DNA of 64,000 nucleotides, from positions 101,590-165,589 of the forward strand of contig CAWBZL010000002.1 of NCBI GenBank assembly GCA_963793275.1, written 5' to 3'. The position numbers were made by a program, and so were the translations under genes. The number at the start of each line of letters is the position of its first letter. The stretch's first letter is position 1. The notes below the pieces were generated by a model that did no database searches, was not told the origin of the DNA, and saw only the letters and a program-made list of their open reading frames with translations. The DNA is from an uncultured Flavobacteriaceae bacterium. GTDB taxonomy: Bacteria > Bacteroidota > Bacteroidia > Flavobacteriales > Flavobacteriaceae. Below are positions 1 to 9,927 of this stretch, in pieces.

Positions 1-105
1 GTGGTTCGTCCCTATGTAAACTATAGGGTTGGGCAAAAAGAATATTTAATTTATGCCAGTAATAAGGAAGGAAAGCGCCTTGGGCTTTTAAGTGTAGAAA
101 ACTAA
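1..105 (+). CDS. 3' end of an unidentified CDS entering from upstream of the window (...GKRLGLLSVEN*)
   Basis: Frame 1 is open from base 1 to TAA at 103-105 and is followed by a terminator hairpin. Too short to assign a function. Confidence 0.4.
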   Translation: MVRPYVNYRVGQKEYLIYASNKEGKRLGLLSVEN

Positions 106-122
106 AAAAATAACGCTATCTA

Positions 123-157
123 AAAACCCGATTCATTTGAATCGGGTTTTATATTTT
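123..157 (+). terminator. Rho-independent terminator
   Basis: AAACCCGATTC (124-134) pairs with GAATCGGGTTT (139-149) around loop ATTT, followed by a T-rich tail. Confidence 0.6.
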
Positions 158-238
158 ATAAAACAATTAAAATCAAATATTAAAAAAAATTAGGCACAGC
201 GAATCTCAAAAAACAAATTCCAATTCCATAGGAAGTTC

Positions 239-451
239 TTACACACTCCAATAAACAATAAGCACTAAAGTACCTGCTAAAATGCCAATCGTTGCTATAG
301 AGAAAGTTTCTGGTTTCCATTTATCACGGTAGCAGCTTTTTAGGCTAACATACAACAACACGGGTACTAAAATTATAAATGGGATAGTTAGTAACTCAAC
401 CAGAAAGTTGAACAATACAATTTCAATTTTATAAATCCATAAAAGTTTCAC
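239..451 (-). CDS. small hypothetical membrane protein (70 aa, two hydrophobic segments)
   Basis: ORF track entry. Two hydrophobic stretches; no recognisable family. Confidence 0.35.
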   Translation of the reverse strand: MKLLWIYKIEIVLFNFLVELLTIPFIILVPVLLYVSLKSCYRDKWKPETFSIATIGILAGTLVLIVYWSV

Positions 452-525
452 TCCTATAAAATATAAGAGTGCAACTATGCTTAGTATTAATCGTGCTTTC
501 TTTATAGAATTTTGACTTAAAACGG

Positions 526-3009
526 TTACTTTTCAGGATATAAAATTTGCTCAATCCTGGCAATAGCATCTTCGTAGTGATATTTTGTTATGGTGTTTAC
601 ACCACGATTTTTTGCTGTTTTTAATTGTTTTTGCAGCGTTACCAATTCTCCGCGTACTAGTGGACGCACATCACTTGTGTTCACATCAAACGTTAATGTT
701 CCTTCAAAACCAATTCGCCCTCTTCGTGAATCAGGTCCTTTATCTGTCATTAAATATTCCATTCTATCCAGATAAGAACGTTGTAGGTTTCTTCGGTAAA
801 TATCTACACTTGTTCCTTGTCTTGCTTCACTCCATAAACCCGTGCGCAGCTCCTGCAACATATCCAGTGCCGAATAATAGTCGGTTTGGGTAGTTTCAGC
901 ATCAATTAAACGGCCTAACCTGTCAAAACTCAATAAACTATTTAAGTGTCGGGTTTGCAAACGACGCATACGTTCAAAATACCCCGCGTGATCTATATTT
1001 TGCAATATTGCCGGATCCAGTAACCAATCTGGAGTGGTAAATGCGTTGTCCTGCAACCATTGCATAGATTGCTGCTGTTCGGTTTTGTTTAAATGTGTGT
1101 AAATAGTTCCACCCTGTTTTGGAGTTTTAATATTCTCATAAATACCACCCACATTAGTAACTACGTGCCCAACATAACGGCTCCACACTCCAAGCATTTC
1201 TCCGTATAATTCTTCAAGATCGTTGTAGTTGTTGGTGCGATCGCTGGTCCATTTTGGCAAATTGGATGCTACATATTTTAAGTTTTTAAGTCCGTAATCG
1301 CTTGCTTTCATCGGGTTATCGCCAATGCCTTCGGTTTGGGATTGTGGGTCGAAACGACTTCCTTGCCTTCCAAATTTGTAGATAGGATTATCGCCCTTTT
1401 CTTCGATCCATTTGTCTAACGTAGCTTTTTCCGCTTCCGGAAAATTAGCGGTTGGAATTACACGATACCCCCAATTGGTTGCATAATGATCGTACGGCCC
1501 CATTTGCCGTATAAATCTGATGTTTTTATCACCGGGTTGAGCAATATAATTGTAACGCGCATAATCCATTAAACTGGCTGCAATTCCATTTTTCTGAGTG
1601 AAATCTCCGTCTCTGTAGTCTTCAACATTATAGGCGTAACTCGCGGCCATGTTATGTGGAAAGCCTAAAGCGTGTCCTACTTCGTGCGCAATGACCATAC
1701 GCATCATTTCACCAATTTCTTCGTCGGGAGTATTCAATGTTCTGGCACTGGGATTTGCGGCACCAGTTTCCAGCATATAGCGGTTTCTATAACTTCGTAA
1801 ATGATTGTGGTACCAGATAATATCACTTTCAATAATTTCGCCACTTCTGGGGTCGCTAACACTTGGTCCTACCGCATTTCTTGTGGTACTTGCCACATAA
1901 CGCACCACAGAATACCGAATATCTTCCGGGCTAAACTCCGGATCTTCCTCAACTGTAGGTGCGTCTTTGGCAATAATGGCATTTTTGAACCCGGCTGTTT
2001 CAAAAGGTTTTTGCCAGTCTTCTATGCCCTGCTTTATGTATTCCTGAAGATTCTCCGGCGTTCCGGGATCCAGATAATATACAATTGGTTTTACCGGTTC
2101 TACCAATTCACCTCTTGCGTACGCGGCAGGATCTTTAGGTTCCAATCTCCAACGGCGGATATACGTTTTCTCATCTGCTTTTAATTCGTCACTTCCAAAA
2201 TCGTACTGGCTTACGGTAAAAAACCCAACCCTTGGATCGAATAACCTTGGTTGCATAGGTTCTTCAGGCAAGAGAATCATAGATTGATTCATTTGTAAGC
2301 TAATGCTCTCTGTAGCCGAGTTCGAAGGAGGTTCGGAAGCGTCGTACGTCATATCCTGTTTTACTTCAATGTTGAGAGGAAAGCTTTTTACGCTATTGAT
2401 AAAGCTTCGGTCGGCATCCAGCTTTTTTACTTTGTATTGTTTCCGAAGTCTTGCTCCCAAACCACTAATGGCTTTTACATCTTCCTTAAAAAACTTCGTT
2501 ACGTCTATCACCACGGCGGTACTGTCTGTGCTAATGGCCTCCACATCGAACGCGTATAGAACAGGTTCGTAATTATTTACCGCAACCGATTTACTGATGG
2601 CTTTGGTACTATCCGCAATGTTAGTATAACTCTTAACTTTCAGTAAAACTTTGTCCTCAAAACGTTCCCAGTGAACCACCTGCTCGTTGGTTTTGGAACC
2701 TGCATTTACGTAGCCACCGCCTAAACCAGTTGGAAGCTGCGCAATACGGCTCACCCAAAGCATATCTTTTTTGTAGAGCTTGGTAGGGATTTCGTAGTAA
2801 AATTTATCTTCAACACGATGCACCACGAAAAGACCACTATCACTTATAGCTTCTTTTGTGATGACCTTGTCGTAGGGTTTTAATCCGTCTTTCTTGTCTT
2901 TTTTATTGGCAGATGCTTCAGCCGTTTCGGGTGTTTTTTTCTTATTACTGAACGTTCCGCAAGAAATTATAAGGGCAGAAAATAATAGGAGTGCTAAAAG
3001 CTTTTTCAT
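526..3009 (-). CDS. secreted zinc-dependent metalloprotease lipoprotein (DUF4953/DUF5117-type)
   Basis: HEXXH motif (VIAHEVGHALGF). Lipoprotein signal MKKLLALLLFSALIISC. I prefer the start at Met13 of the 839-aa ORF. Confidence 0.85.
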   Translation of the reverse strand: MKKLLALLLFSALIISCGTFSNKKKTPETAEASANKKDKKDGLKPYDKVITKEAISDSGLFVVHRVEDKFYYEIPTKLYKKDMLWVSRIAQLPTGLGGGYVNAGSKTNEQVVHWERFEDKVLLKVKSYTNIADSTKAISKSVAVNNYEPVLYAFDVEAISTDSTAVVIDVTKFFKEDVKAISGLGARLRKQYKVKKLDADRSFINSVKSFPLNIEVKQDMTYDASEPPSNSATESISLQMNQSMILLPEEPMQPRLFDPRVGFFTVSQYDFGSDELKADEKTYIRRWRLEPKDPAAYARGELVEPVKPIVYYLDPGTPENLQEYIKQGIEDWQKPFETAGFKNAIIAKDAPTVEEDPEFSPEDIRYSVVRYVASTTRNAVGPSVSDPRSGEIIESDIIWYHNHLRSYRNRYMLETGAANPSARTLNTPDEEIGEMMRMVIAHEVGHALGFPHNMAASYAYNVEDYRDGDFTQKNGIAASLMDYARYNYIAQPGDKNIRFIRQMGPYDHYATNWGYRVIPTANFPEAEKATLDKWIEEKGDNPIYKFGRQGSRFDPQSQTEGIGDNPMKASDYGLKNLKYVASNLPKWTSDRTNNYNDLEELYGEMLGVWSRYVGHVVTNVGGIYENIKTPKQGGTIYTHLNKTEQQQSMQWLQDNAFTTPDWLLDPAILQNIDHAGYFERMRRLQTRHLNSLLSFDRLGRLIDAETTQTDYYSALDMLQELRTGLWSEARQGTSVDIYRRNLQRSYLDRMEYLMTDKGPDSRRGRIGFEGTLTFDVNTSDVRPLVRGELVTLQKQLKTAKNRGVNTITKYHYEDAIARIEQILYPEK

Positions 3010-3084
3010 CAAAATACGTTTTGCTGAACAAAATACGCATATCAACCTAAAAAACCAATGAATGCCGTAGGTTCTTTTTGGCCT

Positions 3085-3531
3085 CTATTTACTTACTTCA
3101 AGCACTAATTCGTAATTTAAATTGGTAGTGCCCGACTCTTTTGTAGGATAGGGGTTTATTGCGGTGGCAGTGATAGTTGTAGCCCCACTTTTATAGAAAT
3201 TATGATTTTTAACCTCTCCTTTTTTAAGTGCACCAAAAATTATTTCGTTTCTATCCAGAGTCCTACCATCTTCGCTGGTTTCTACCAGGATCTTCGCTCT
3301 TCCTTCCCAAAAACAGGTAGTTCCTGTTGGACAACGGGAATCTTCCAGCACCTCTCTAAAATGAACCCGTAACTCACCTACCCTAATCTCTTTTCCTAAA
3401 GCCAGAGTAATAGTTCCTTCGTCAATCTGCGTAGAAATTTCAGTTTCGTTTGCTGAAGTAATTTCAGAAGTAGTTTTTGGCGTGCCACAGGAAGCGGCTG
3501 CGATGAAAGAGAGGATGATGAGTTTATACAT
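3085..3531 (-). CDS. hypothetical lipoprotein
   Basis: Signal peptide with lipobox (FIAAASCG). No recognised domain. Confidence 0.55.
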   Translation of the reverse strand: MYKLIILSFIAAASCGTPKTTSEITSANETEISTQIDEGTITLALGKEIRVGELRVHFREVLEDSRCPTGTTCFWEGRAKILVETSEDGRTLDRNEIIFGALKKGEVKNHNFYKSGATTITATAINPYPTKESGTTNLNYELVLEVSK

Positions 3532-3654
3532 GAATTTCCTTTTTTATGAATAGTAAAAATAACGGAAAATAACGTTCTTAAACGTTATAGTTTCTTTAAA
3601 TAGCTAGCGCCTGAATCTCCTGTACCCTAATTTTACAATACAACAGTCCGCGTT

Positions 3655-4191
3655 ATGAAACTAATTCTCACATTTTTAATGCTATCCACGATGCCATTGT
3701 CCGAACCACAGCTTATATTCAATTTTTCTGAAACTTCAAACCTTGATGCCTGGCGCATTGTAGACGATGGCGTTATGGGTGGAAAATCTAATGGATCTTT
3801 TTCTTTAACCGAAGACGGACACGGAAATTTTTCGGGGGTTATCTCGCTTAAAAATAATGGCGGATTTTCATCTGTGCGTCACAATTTCAACGAGATTTCA
3901 GTTACTGAGGACTCTAAAATATGCATTAAGTTGAAAGGAGATGGGAAGCAATATCAATTCAGAATAAAACACAATACGAACGATTACTACAGTTATATTT
4001 TCCCGTTTGAAACTTCCGGAGCGTGGGAAACTATAGAGATTGAACTGAAAGATATGTATCCTTCCTTCCGTGGAAGAAAACTGGATATGCCTAATTTTTC
4101 AGAAGACAGCATAGAAGAATTGGTTTTTTTGATAGGAAACAAGAAAGAGGAGGCATTTACGTTACTTCTTGATAACATTCAGCTAAAGTAA
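3655..4191 (+). CDS. CIA30 (complex I intermediate-associated protein 30)-family protein
   Basis: N-terminal signal and a WRIVDDGVMGGKSNGSF motif typical of the CIA30 family. Confidence 0.7.
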   Translation: MKLILTFLMLSTMPLSEPQLIFNFSETSNLDAWRIVDDGVMGGKSNGSFSLTEDGHGNFSGVISLKNNGGFSSVRHNFNEISVTEDSKICIKLKGDGKQYQFRIKHNTNDYYSYIFPFETSGAWETIEIELKDMYPSFRGRKLDMPNFSEDSIEELVFLIGNKKEEAFTLLLDNIQLK

Positions 4192-4216
4192 ATCGAAATT
4201 AACACCGGCCTTACTT

Positions 4217-5377
4217 CTATCCCCGGAAGAGAAAGAAATCGTCTTTCATAGGCTCAATCTTTTCGTCTTTGTTGGTGATGATATACTCCAGGGCCAGATC
4301 CGTAAACTCCTTGCCTTTTTCGGTAAGCGAAACTACATTTTTTTCAATTTCGATCATATTATTTTTTAGTGCCAAATGTACGACGGTTTTAGACCGTACT
4401 TTTTGCCAATTTATATGTTCCTGAAGGTGATTAATGTGTCTTTCTTCAACTTCGGAATGATTGTTTAAATGGAGTAGAAATGTGAGTAAAGAAACTTCGG
4501 TACGTTGTTGTTTCTGGCGGTATAAAACAGCGATGAGACCTTTCCGCGGAGCGAACAAATACACCATTAAAAATACAATTCCAAGCATAGTACTCATACT
4601 TCCCGAAATAGAAGCATCCAGCAAATGTGCCATCCAATACCCCGCTAGCGCAGAAAAAACACCAAAAAGTATAGACAATAGCAGCATTTTCTTTAGATCT
4701 GAAGTCAACAAATACGCCGTTGCGGCGGGTGCAATCATTAACGCAACCACCAGAATAGCTCCCACCGCGTCAAACGCACCCACTACCGTTACCGAACTAA
4801 CAGACATAAGTCCGTAATGCATAATAAGGGGGGAGATTCCTAATGCAGAAGACAGTCCGGCATCAAAAGTGCTTACCTTTAATTCTTTATAAAAAAGCAG
4901 AAGCAGCGCAATACTAATGATAAGGATAGTCCCCATGATCCATAGCGATTTTGGACCTACATCTATTCCAGCCATGAGAAGTCTGTCAAAAGGTGCAAAT
5001 GCCAGTTCTCCCAGTAACACTGCGTCCACATCCAGATGGACATCATTCGCATTTTTAGCAATTAAAATTACGCCAATACTGAACAACGCCGGAAAAACAA
5101 GGCCAATTGCGGTATCTTCTTTTACCATACCTGTTTTTTGAATGGCCTCTACCAAAACTACCGTAATAACGCCTGTGAGCGCAGCCAATAAAATAAGTAA
5201 GGGCGAATTGAGGTCTTGTGTAATGAAAAACCCGATCACAATTCCCGGCAGGATGGAATGACTAATAGCGTCACTAATAAGTGCCATCTTACGAAGTACT
5301 AAAAACACACCCGGAATAGCGCACGCTATAGCTACCACTACTGCAATAAGTTGTATTTCTATCTGTGGACTAGTCAT
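4217..5377 (-). CDS. metal (Mn/Zn/Fe) ABC transporter permease with C-terminal soluble extension
   Basis: Polytopic membrane core similar to MntD/ZnuB-type permeases. 8-nt overlap with the upstream permease gene. About 100 extra C-terminal residues. Confidence 0.85.
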   Translation of the reverse strand: MTSPQIEIQLIAVVVAIACAIPGVFLVLRKMALISDAISHSILPGIVIGFFITQDLNSPLLILLAALTGVITVVLVEAIQKTGMVKEDTAIGLVFPALFSIGVILIAKNANDVHLDVDAVLLGELAFAPFDRLLMAGIDVGPKSLWIMGTILIISIALLLLFYKELKVSTFDAGLSSALGISPLIMHYGLMSVSSVTVVGAFDAVGAILVVALMIAPAATAYLLTSDLKKMLLLSILFGVFSALAGYWMAHLLDASISGSMSTMLGIVFLMVYLFAPRKGLIAVLYRQKQQRTEVSLLTFLLHLNNHSEVEERHINHLQEHINWQKVRSKTVVHLALKNNMIEIEKNVVSLTEKGKEFTDLALEYIITNKDEKIEPMKDDFFLFRG

Positions 5378-6494
5378 TTGGTACAGGTTGGTTGTATAAG
5401 TTTTCGGCCTGAGAAAATCCCTTCTGCGTCATTGACCATTCCTGGCCAGACAGCGTAATCCATTCTTTTTCTTCTAATTGCTGAAGGCTCTTCTTTGTAA
5501 ATCCTTGAAAATTATTCAAAATCCTGATGGCGTGCGGGTGTGAAATATCTTTATGCGTTTTCACAATATCATACATAAACTGAAGCGTTTTCTGTAATTG
5601 TAAATCTCTTCGATTCTGTAAAAACCGAAGCTGCTTAAATAACAATCCGCGCCCCGGAGAAAACACAAATGAAATTAACACAAATACTGAAGCTACCAGA
5701 ACAATTACCGGCCCTGTGGAAAGATTGTTTTGTGAAGCACTAATAGCCGTGCCAAAAACTCCCGAAAAAGCACCAAAAATAGCCGCTATAAAAATCATCG
5801 TGCTCAACTTGTTTGTCCATTGCCTTGCCGCAGCTGCAGGTGCCAGAAGCATCGCACTCATTAAAACCACGCCCACGGTTTGTAATCCTAAAACAATAGC
5901 AAGCACAATAAAAAAAGTGATGAGCGCATCGATAAATTTTGTGTTGAAACCAAGGGTTTTTGTATAGTCTGCGTCAAATAGTAGTATTTTAAATTCTTTC
6001 CAGAAGAGTACTAAAATAACGAGTGCAATCCCTGTAACTGTAACCATTAACAGCACATCGCTTTCTACCAAAGTAGCGGCTTGTCCAAACAAATACTTAT
6101 CCAGACCTGCCTGATTGGCATTAGGTTGTTTTTGTATAAACGTGAGTAACAACATTCCGAAGCCAAAAAAGAGGGATAAAATAAGGCCTAATGCCGTGTC
6201 TGTCTTCAAATGAGTTTTTGTGATAATTCCACGGATCCAGAAGGTCCCCAGCAACCCACTCACCAAAGCCCCTAACAATAACGTATTAGTATCTTTTGCG
6301 CCCGTAATTAAAAATGCCACGGCGATGCCGGGTAAGGCTGCGTGACTAATGGCATCTCCCAACAAACTCTGTTTCCGCAGCACGGCAAAACTTCCCAACA
6401 TCCCACAAATAGCTCCCAAAACAGCTGTTCCCAGAGTAATAGTACGGAGGGTGTAGTCGGTCCAGATAAGGTTGAAGTATTCTGTAATAGTCAT
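5370..6494 (-). CDS. metal ABC transporter permease with C-terminal soluble extension
   Basis: Paralog of 4217-5377 (shared DAISHxxLPG motif). About 90 extra C-terminal residues. Confidence 0.85.
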   Translation of the reverse strand: MTITEYFNLIWTDYTLRTITLGTAVLGAICGMLGSFAVLRKQSLLGDAISHAALPGIAVAFLITGAKDTNTLLLGALVSGLLGTFWIRGIITKTHLKTDTALGLILSLFFGFGMLLLTFIQKQPNANQAGLDKYLFGQAATLVESDVLLMVTVTGIALVILVLFWKEFKILLFDADYTKTLGFNTKFIDALITFFIVLAIVLGLQTVGVVLMSAMLLAPAAAARQWTNKLSTMIFIAAIFGAFSGVFGTAISASQNNLSTGPVIVLVASVFVLISFVFSPGRGLLFKQLRFLQNRRDLQLQKTLQFMYDIVKTHKDISHPHAIRILNNFQGFTKKSLQQLEEKEWITLSGQEWSMTQKGFSQAENLYNQPVPND

Positions 6495-6646
6495 TAGTCT
6501 TTTGTAGTTAGTAGCTATTCTTTCGAATTATTTTCTAAATATTCTTGAAGATTTGAAATCATTGTAGCCAGTTCTTCAATTTTAAATTTTACTTCTCCCA
6601 TAACGTAACTTTTAAAAGTTGTTATTTTATAACCAGACACCAAAGA

Positions 6647-7384
6647 CTATTTGTTTACCGCTACTTTATAGTTGATCCCGTAGGTTTTTGTCAAATTATC
6701 GTCGTTAAAAATTTCCTTCACGGGACCTGTGGCTATTTTTTTTACGTTTAAAAAAGTAACCCAATCAAAATATTCCGGGACCGTTTGTAGATCGTGGTGT
6801 ACAACCACTACTGTTTTTCCGTCTTTTCTAAGTTGCTTCAGGATATTGATAATGGCAATTTCGGTAGTGGCATCTACTCCTTGAAAGGGTTCATCCATAA
6901 AATAAATGGCTGCATTTTGAACCAATGCCCGCGCTAAAAATACACGTTGCTGCTGCCCACCGCTTAACTGACTTATCTGCCGGTTTTTAAATGCCAGCAT
7001 TCCTACTTTCTCCAGGGCTTCAAGAGAAGCTTTCTTTTCTTTTCTCCCGGGGCGTTTTATCCAACCTAGCTGCCCGTAGGTGCCCATCATAACCACATCC
7101 AGTGCCGTCGTGGGAAAATCCCAGTCTACACTCCCTTTTTGAGGAACGTAGGCTACTAGTTTACGTTGTTTTTTGTAGGGCTTTCCGTAGATAGAGACAC
7201 TGCCGGCAATAGGATCTAAAATTCCTAAAATTGCTTTTATTAAGGTAGATTTTCCTGCTCCGTTAGGTCCAACAATCGCCATTAAAACTCCTTCGGGAAC
7301 GTGCAGATCTATATCCCACAAAACAGGTTTGTAGTTATAAGCTACCGTGAGATCGTCTACTTGTATGGCGTATTTCGTTTCCAT
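6647..7384 (-). CDS. metal ABC transporter ATP-binding protein
   Basis: Walker [10 protein letters not shown], signature LSGGQQQR, Walker B IYFMDEP. Confidence 0.9.
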   Translation of the reverse strand: METKYAIQVDDLTVAYNYKPVLWDIDLHVPEGVLMAIVGPNGAGKSTLIKAILGILDPIAGSVSIYGKPYKKQRKLVAYVPQKGSVDWDFPTTALDVVMMGTYGQLGWIKRPGRKEKKASLEALEKVGMLAFKNRQISQLSGGQQQRVFLARALVQNAAIYFMDEPFQGVDATTEIAIINILKQLRKDGKTVVVVHHDLQTVPEYFDWVTFLNVKKIATGPVKEIFNDDNLTKTYGINYKVAVNK

Positions 7385-7385
7385 A

Positions 7386-8312
7386 TTACTGTAACTCGTT
7401 TACGATCGTGTTTACATTGTAGGTAAACATCCCAATATAGGTTCCTTCTTCGGTGCCGGGGCTTCCCAGCGCATCACTAAACAAAGAACCACCTATTTTT
7501 ACATCTTTTCCTTTAGACTCTACAGATTTTTGCAACGCTTCTATAGTACGTCTGGGCACCGAGCTTTCTACAAAAATAGCGTTTACATTATTCTCAATTA
7601 TAAACTGTGAAATACGTTGCACGTCCTGCACACCAGCTTCGGTTGCGGTGGAAAGTCCCTGCAGGCCTACAACTTCAAAATCGTAGGCTTTCCCAAAGTA
7701 ATTGAAGGCATCGTGAGCGGTTACCAGAATTCGTTTTTTCTTTGGAAGTGTTTCAATCTTGGCTTTAACTTCAGCTTCTAATTCGGTTAATTTCTGGATA
7801 TAATTTTTTTCGTTTTCAGCATAGCTTCCTGCATTTTCAGGGTCTTTTTCAACCAGGACCTCTGTAACCTTTTCAGCAAATTGCTTGAAATATTCAATAT
7901 TAAACCAAACGTGCGGATCGTAATTAGAGGCAAAATAATCGGATCCAATCAGTTCATCTTTCGAAAGAAATTCTCCCAGTCCTACTGTTGTTTTGGTGGT
8001 TTCCATTTTTTCAAAGACTTCCACCAGTTTACCTTCTAAATGAAGTCCGCTATAAAAAATAATATCGGCTTTATAAAGCTTGGAAACATCGCCTTCACTT
8101 GCTTTATAGAGGTGTGGATCTACGCCAGCCCCCATTAATCCTTGTACTTCAATATGATCGCCGCCTATGTTTTTCACTAGATCGGTGAGCATTGTTGTAG
8201 TGGTAACAACCTGTAGTTTTCCACTCTTACCTGCATCTTTTCCTTCATTTTTACAAGAAATAAAAACACTTAAAACAAGTACTGAAAGAGCTATTTTTTT
8301 TAATATTTTCAT
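7386..8312 (-). CDS. metal ABC transporter substrate-binding lipoprotein (cluster A-I, PsaA/MntA/ZnuA-like)
   Basis: Lipobox VFISC. Conserved DPHLY and DPHVW metal-ligand motifs. Confidence 0.9.
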   Translation of the reverse strand: MKILKKIALSVLVLSVFISCKNEGKDAGKSGKLQVVTTTTMLTDLVKNIGGDHIEVQGLMGAGVDPHLYKASEGDVSKLYKADIIFYSGLHLEGKLVEVFEKMETTKTTVGLGEFLSKDELIGSDYFASNYDPHVWFNIEYFKQFAEKVTEVLVEKDPENAGSYAENEKNYIQKLTELEAEVKAKIETLPKKKRILVTAHDAFNYFGKAYDFEVVGLQGLSTATEAGVQDVQRISQFIIENNVNAIFVESSVPRRTIEALQKSVESKGKDVKIGGSLFSDALGSPGTEEGTYIGMFTYNVNTIVNELQ

Positions 8313-8344
8313 TCTTTTTTTTCTGAAATTTTATAATCGAATTA

Positions 8345-9130
8345 TTATTTAGGTATTCTGAAACTTGCACCCGCACCCAGAAAAATATCTTGCCCGTCGG
8401 TAATACTTCTTCCCACAACAGCATCGAGTTGAATATTGGGTTTTAGCAAATACGTAATACCCGCATCCCAGAAATGATTTGCTTTGGAATCCTCAGGAAA
8501 ATTACCATAGACCTCGGCAAACAGGCTTACTTTATCTGTAATTGCGTAGCCGTAAGATAGGGTATATACATAGGCAACTTCGGGGGAATCGTCTCTCCAT
8601 TGAGCCCCAAGATTATATGACAAACCAGATTTTTCGCTCAGCGTATTTGAGAAGGCGAATAGGAAATCACCTCCCGTAGTCTCTGGTCTATAGTCACTTC
8701 CGGCACTAAATGGTAGGTATAAGTGTCCTAAAAGTCCTAGTTGAGGTATCCAGCCGTCTTCATCGGTTATTTCAACCTTTATTCCGGCCATAAGCGGGGT
8801 AAAGCCACTAAATTTGTCGTCTGCTTCGGTGCTATTTGAAGTAAAGCGGGTTTCTTGAAAATTTATTCCTAAACGGAATTCGAAATCATCTAAAATCCCA
8901 TAGCGTAACAAGGTTGTATTGTAGCCGTACGTTTCAGTTTTAAGGTTGTTTTCCTCAAAAGATGTGTAGGAACCTCCGGACTCTATTTGTAACATTTTCT
9001 TTGGTACTGTGAGGGGCGAAGCTGATGCATTTGGCCTTTCTGTAACAATGGGTGCTTGCTGGTTGTCCTGCTCTTGCGAGAACGTAAAACCAAACACGAA
9101 TAAAAAGGCTAGTATGGATATTCTTTTCAT
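8345..9130 (-). CDS. predicted outer-membrane beta-barrel transporter (MetA-pathway/'transporter' family-like)
   Basis: Signal peptide and an alternating beta-strand pattern rich in G/Y/S/F. Sits between the regulator and the ABC genes. Confidence 0.55.
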   Translation of the reverse strand: MKRISILAFLFVFGFTFSQEQDNQQAPIVTERPNASASPLTVPKKMLQIESGGSYTSFEENNLKTETYGYNTTLLRYGILDDFEFRLGINFQETRFTSNSTEADDKFSGFTPLMAGIKVEITDEDGWIPQLGLLGHLYLPFSAGSDYRPETTGGDFLFAFSNTLSEKSGLSYNLGAQWRDDSPEVAYVYTLSYGYAITDKVSLFAEVYGNFPEDSKANHFWDAGITYLLKPNIQLDAVVGRSITDGQDIFLGAGASFRIPK

Positions 9131-9134
9131 AGGA

Positions 9135-9791
9135 TTAGTTGGTTTGTATATACAAATTCTCAGCTATTTTTTGTGAAATAAAGAACTGATCCCGTCCTAC
9201 CTGAATGACCATAGAACCATCGAAAAATTCTTTCCCCAACACTGAAATTTTAGTGCCAATGGTAATGTTCTTTTTGTCTAAATACTGAAGGAAATCGCTA
9301 TCACTTTCTTTTACGCCAACACACACACCTTTTTGTGCTTTATTAAGTTCTGAAAGTAATTTTTTCTCGGTGGGTTTTACGTTTCCGTTTTTATCCGGAA
9401 TAGGGTCTCCGTGGGGATCAAAATCTGGAAAGCCTAAAAATTTATCCAGCCTGGAAATGAGTTCTTCACTATGTACGTGCTCTAGTTGTTCGGCAATATC
9501 GTGTACTTCGTCCCAATGAAAATTAAGCTTTTCTACTAAAAAAACCTCCCATAAACGGTGCTTTCGTATAACGTTTGCTGCTGTTTTTTTGCCTATTTCG
9601 GTTAAAGAAGTTCCTTTGTATTTTATGTAGGCTAAGACTTCCTTTTCTGCCAGCTTCTGAACCATATCCGTCACCGAAGAGGGTTTCGTTTCCATAGCAT
9701 TAGCAATAGCGTTTGTGCTTACTGCACCTTGATTTTTACTCTCAAGATGGTAAATAGTTTTTAAATAATTCTCCTCTGCTAATGAAAACAT
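9135..9791 (-). CDS. DtxR/MntR-family metal-dependent transcriptional regulator with C-terminal FeoA-like domain
   Basis: N-terminal wHTH (EENYLKTIYHL...), a dimerisation/metal-site region (HRLWEVFL, HxxAExLEH) and an SH3-like tail. Confidence 0.85.
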   Translation of the reverse strand: MFSLAEENYLKTIYHLESKNQGAVSTNAIANAMETKPSSVTDMVQKLAEKEVLAYIKYKGTSLTEIGKKTAANVIRKHRLWEVFLVEKLNFHWDEVHDIAEQLEHVHSEELISRLDKFLGFPDFDPHGDPIPDKNGNVKPTEKKLLSELNKAQKGVCVGVKESDSDFLQYLDKKNITIGTKISVLGKEFFDGSMVIQVGRDQFFISQKIAENLYIQTN

Positions 9792-9832
9792 ACGGCAAAG
9801 GTAATTATATTTTTTGAAGTGTATTGTTTTTA

Positions 9833-9852
9833 TTTTTAGGGTTGGCTAAAAA
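9833..9852. promoter_or_regulatory. candidate operator: inverted repeat TTTTTAG-N6-CTAAAAA
   Basis: Perfect 7-nt arms at 9833-9839 and 9846-9852, 42-61 nt upstream of the regulator start codon. The left half resembles a DtxR-type box (TTAGGxTxGCTAA). Confidence 0.3.
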
Positions 9853-9927
9853 CTGTACTATAAGATGGTATTTCATCGGGAACCATTCAGTTCTACAGTT
9901 TAGTAATTCGCACCACAATATTCTAAC

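Noticed and set aside
585-2572. Plus-strand ORFs inside the metalloprotease gene (585-893, 590-775, 1801-2184, 2303-2572), along with similar antisense ORFs inside pyk, fabF, tex, metG, lhr, the ligase gene and others.
   Set aside because: These are shadow ORFs opposite strongly supported genes.
526-3045. Longest-ORF N-terminal extensions in the track (526-3045, 9928-10473, 16413-16922, 20002-, 29199-, 35836-37971, 46156-46680, 50650-).
   Set aside because: Internal Met codons give canonical signal peptides or conserved N-termini (for example [26 protein letters not shown]). Starts were trimmed accordingly, with moderate certainty.
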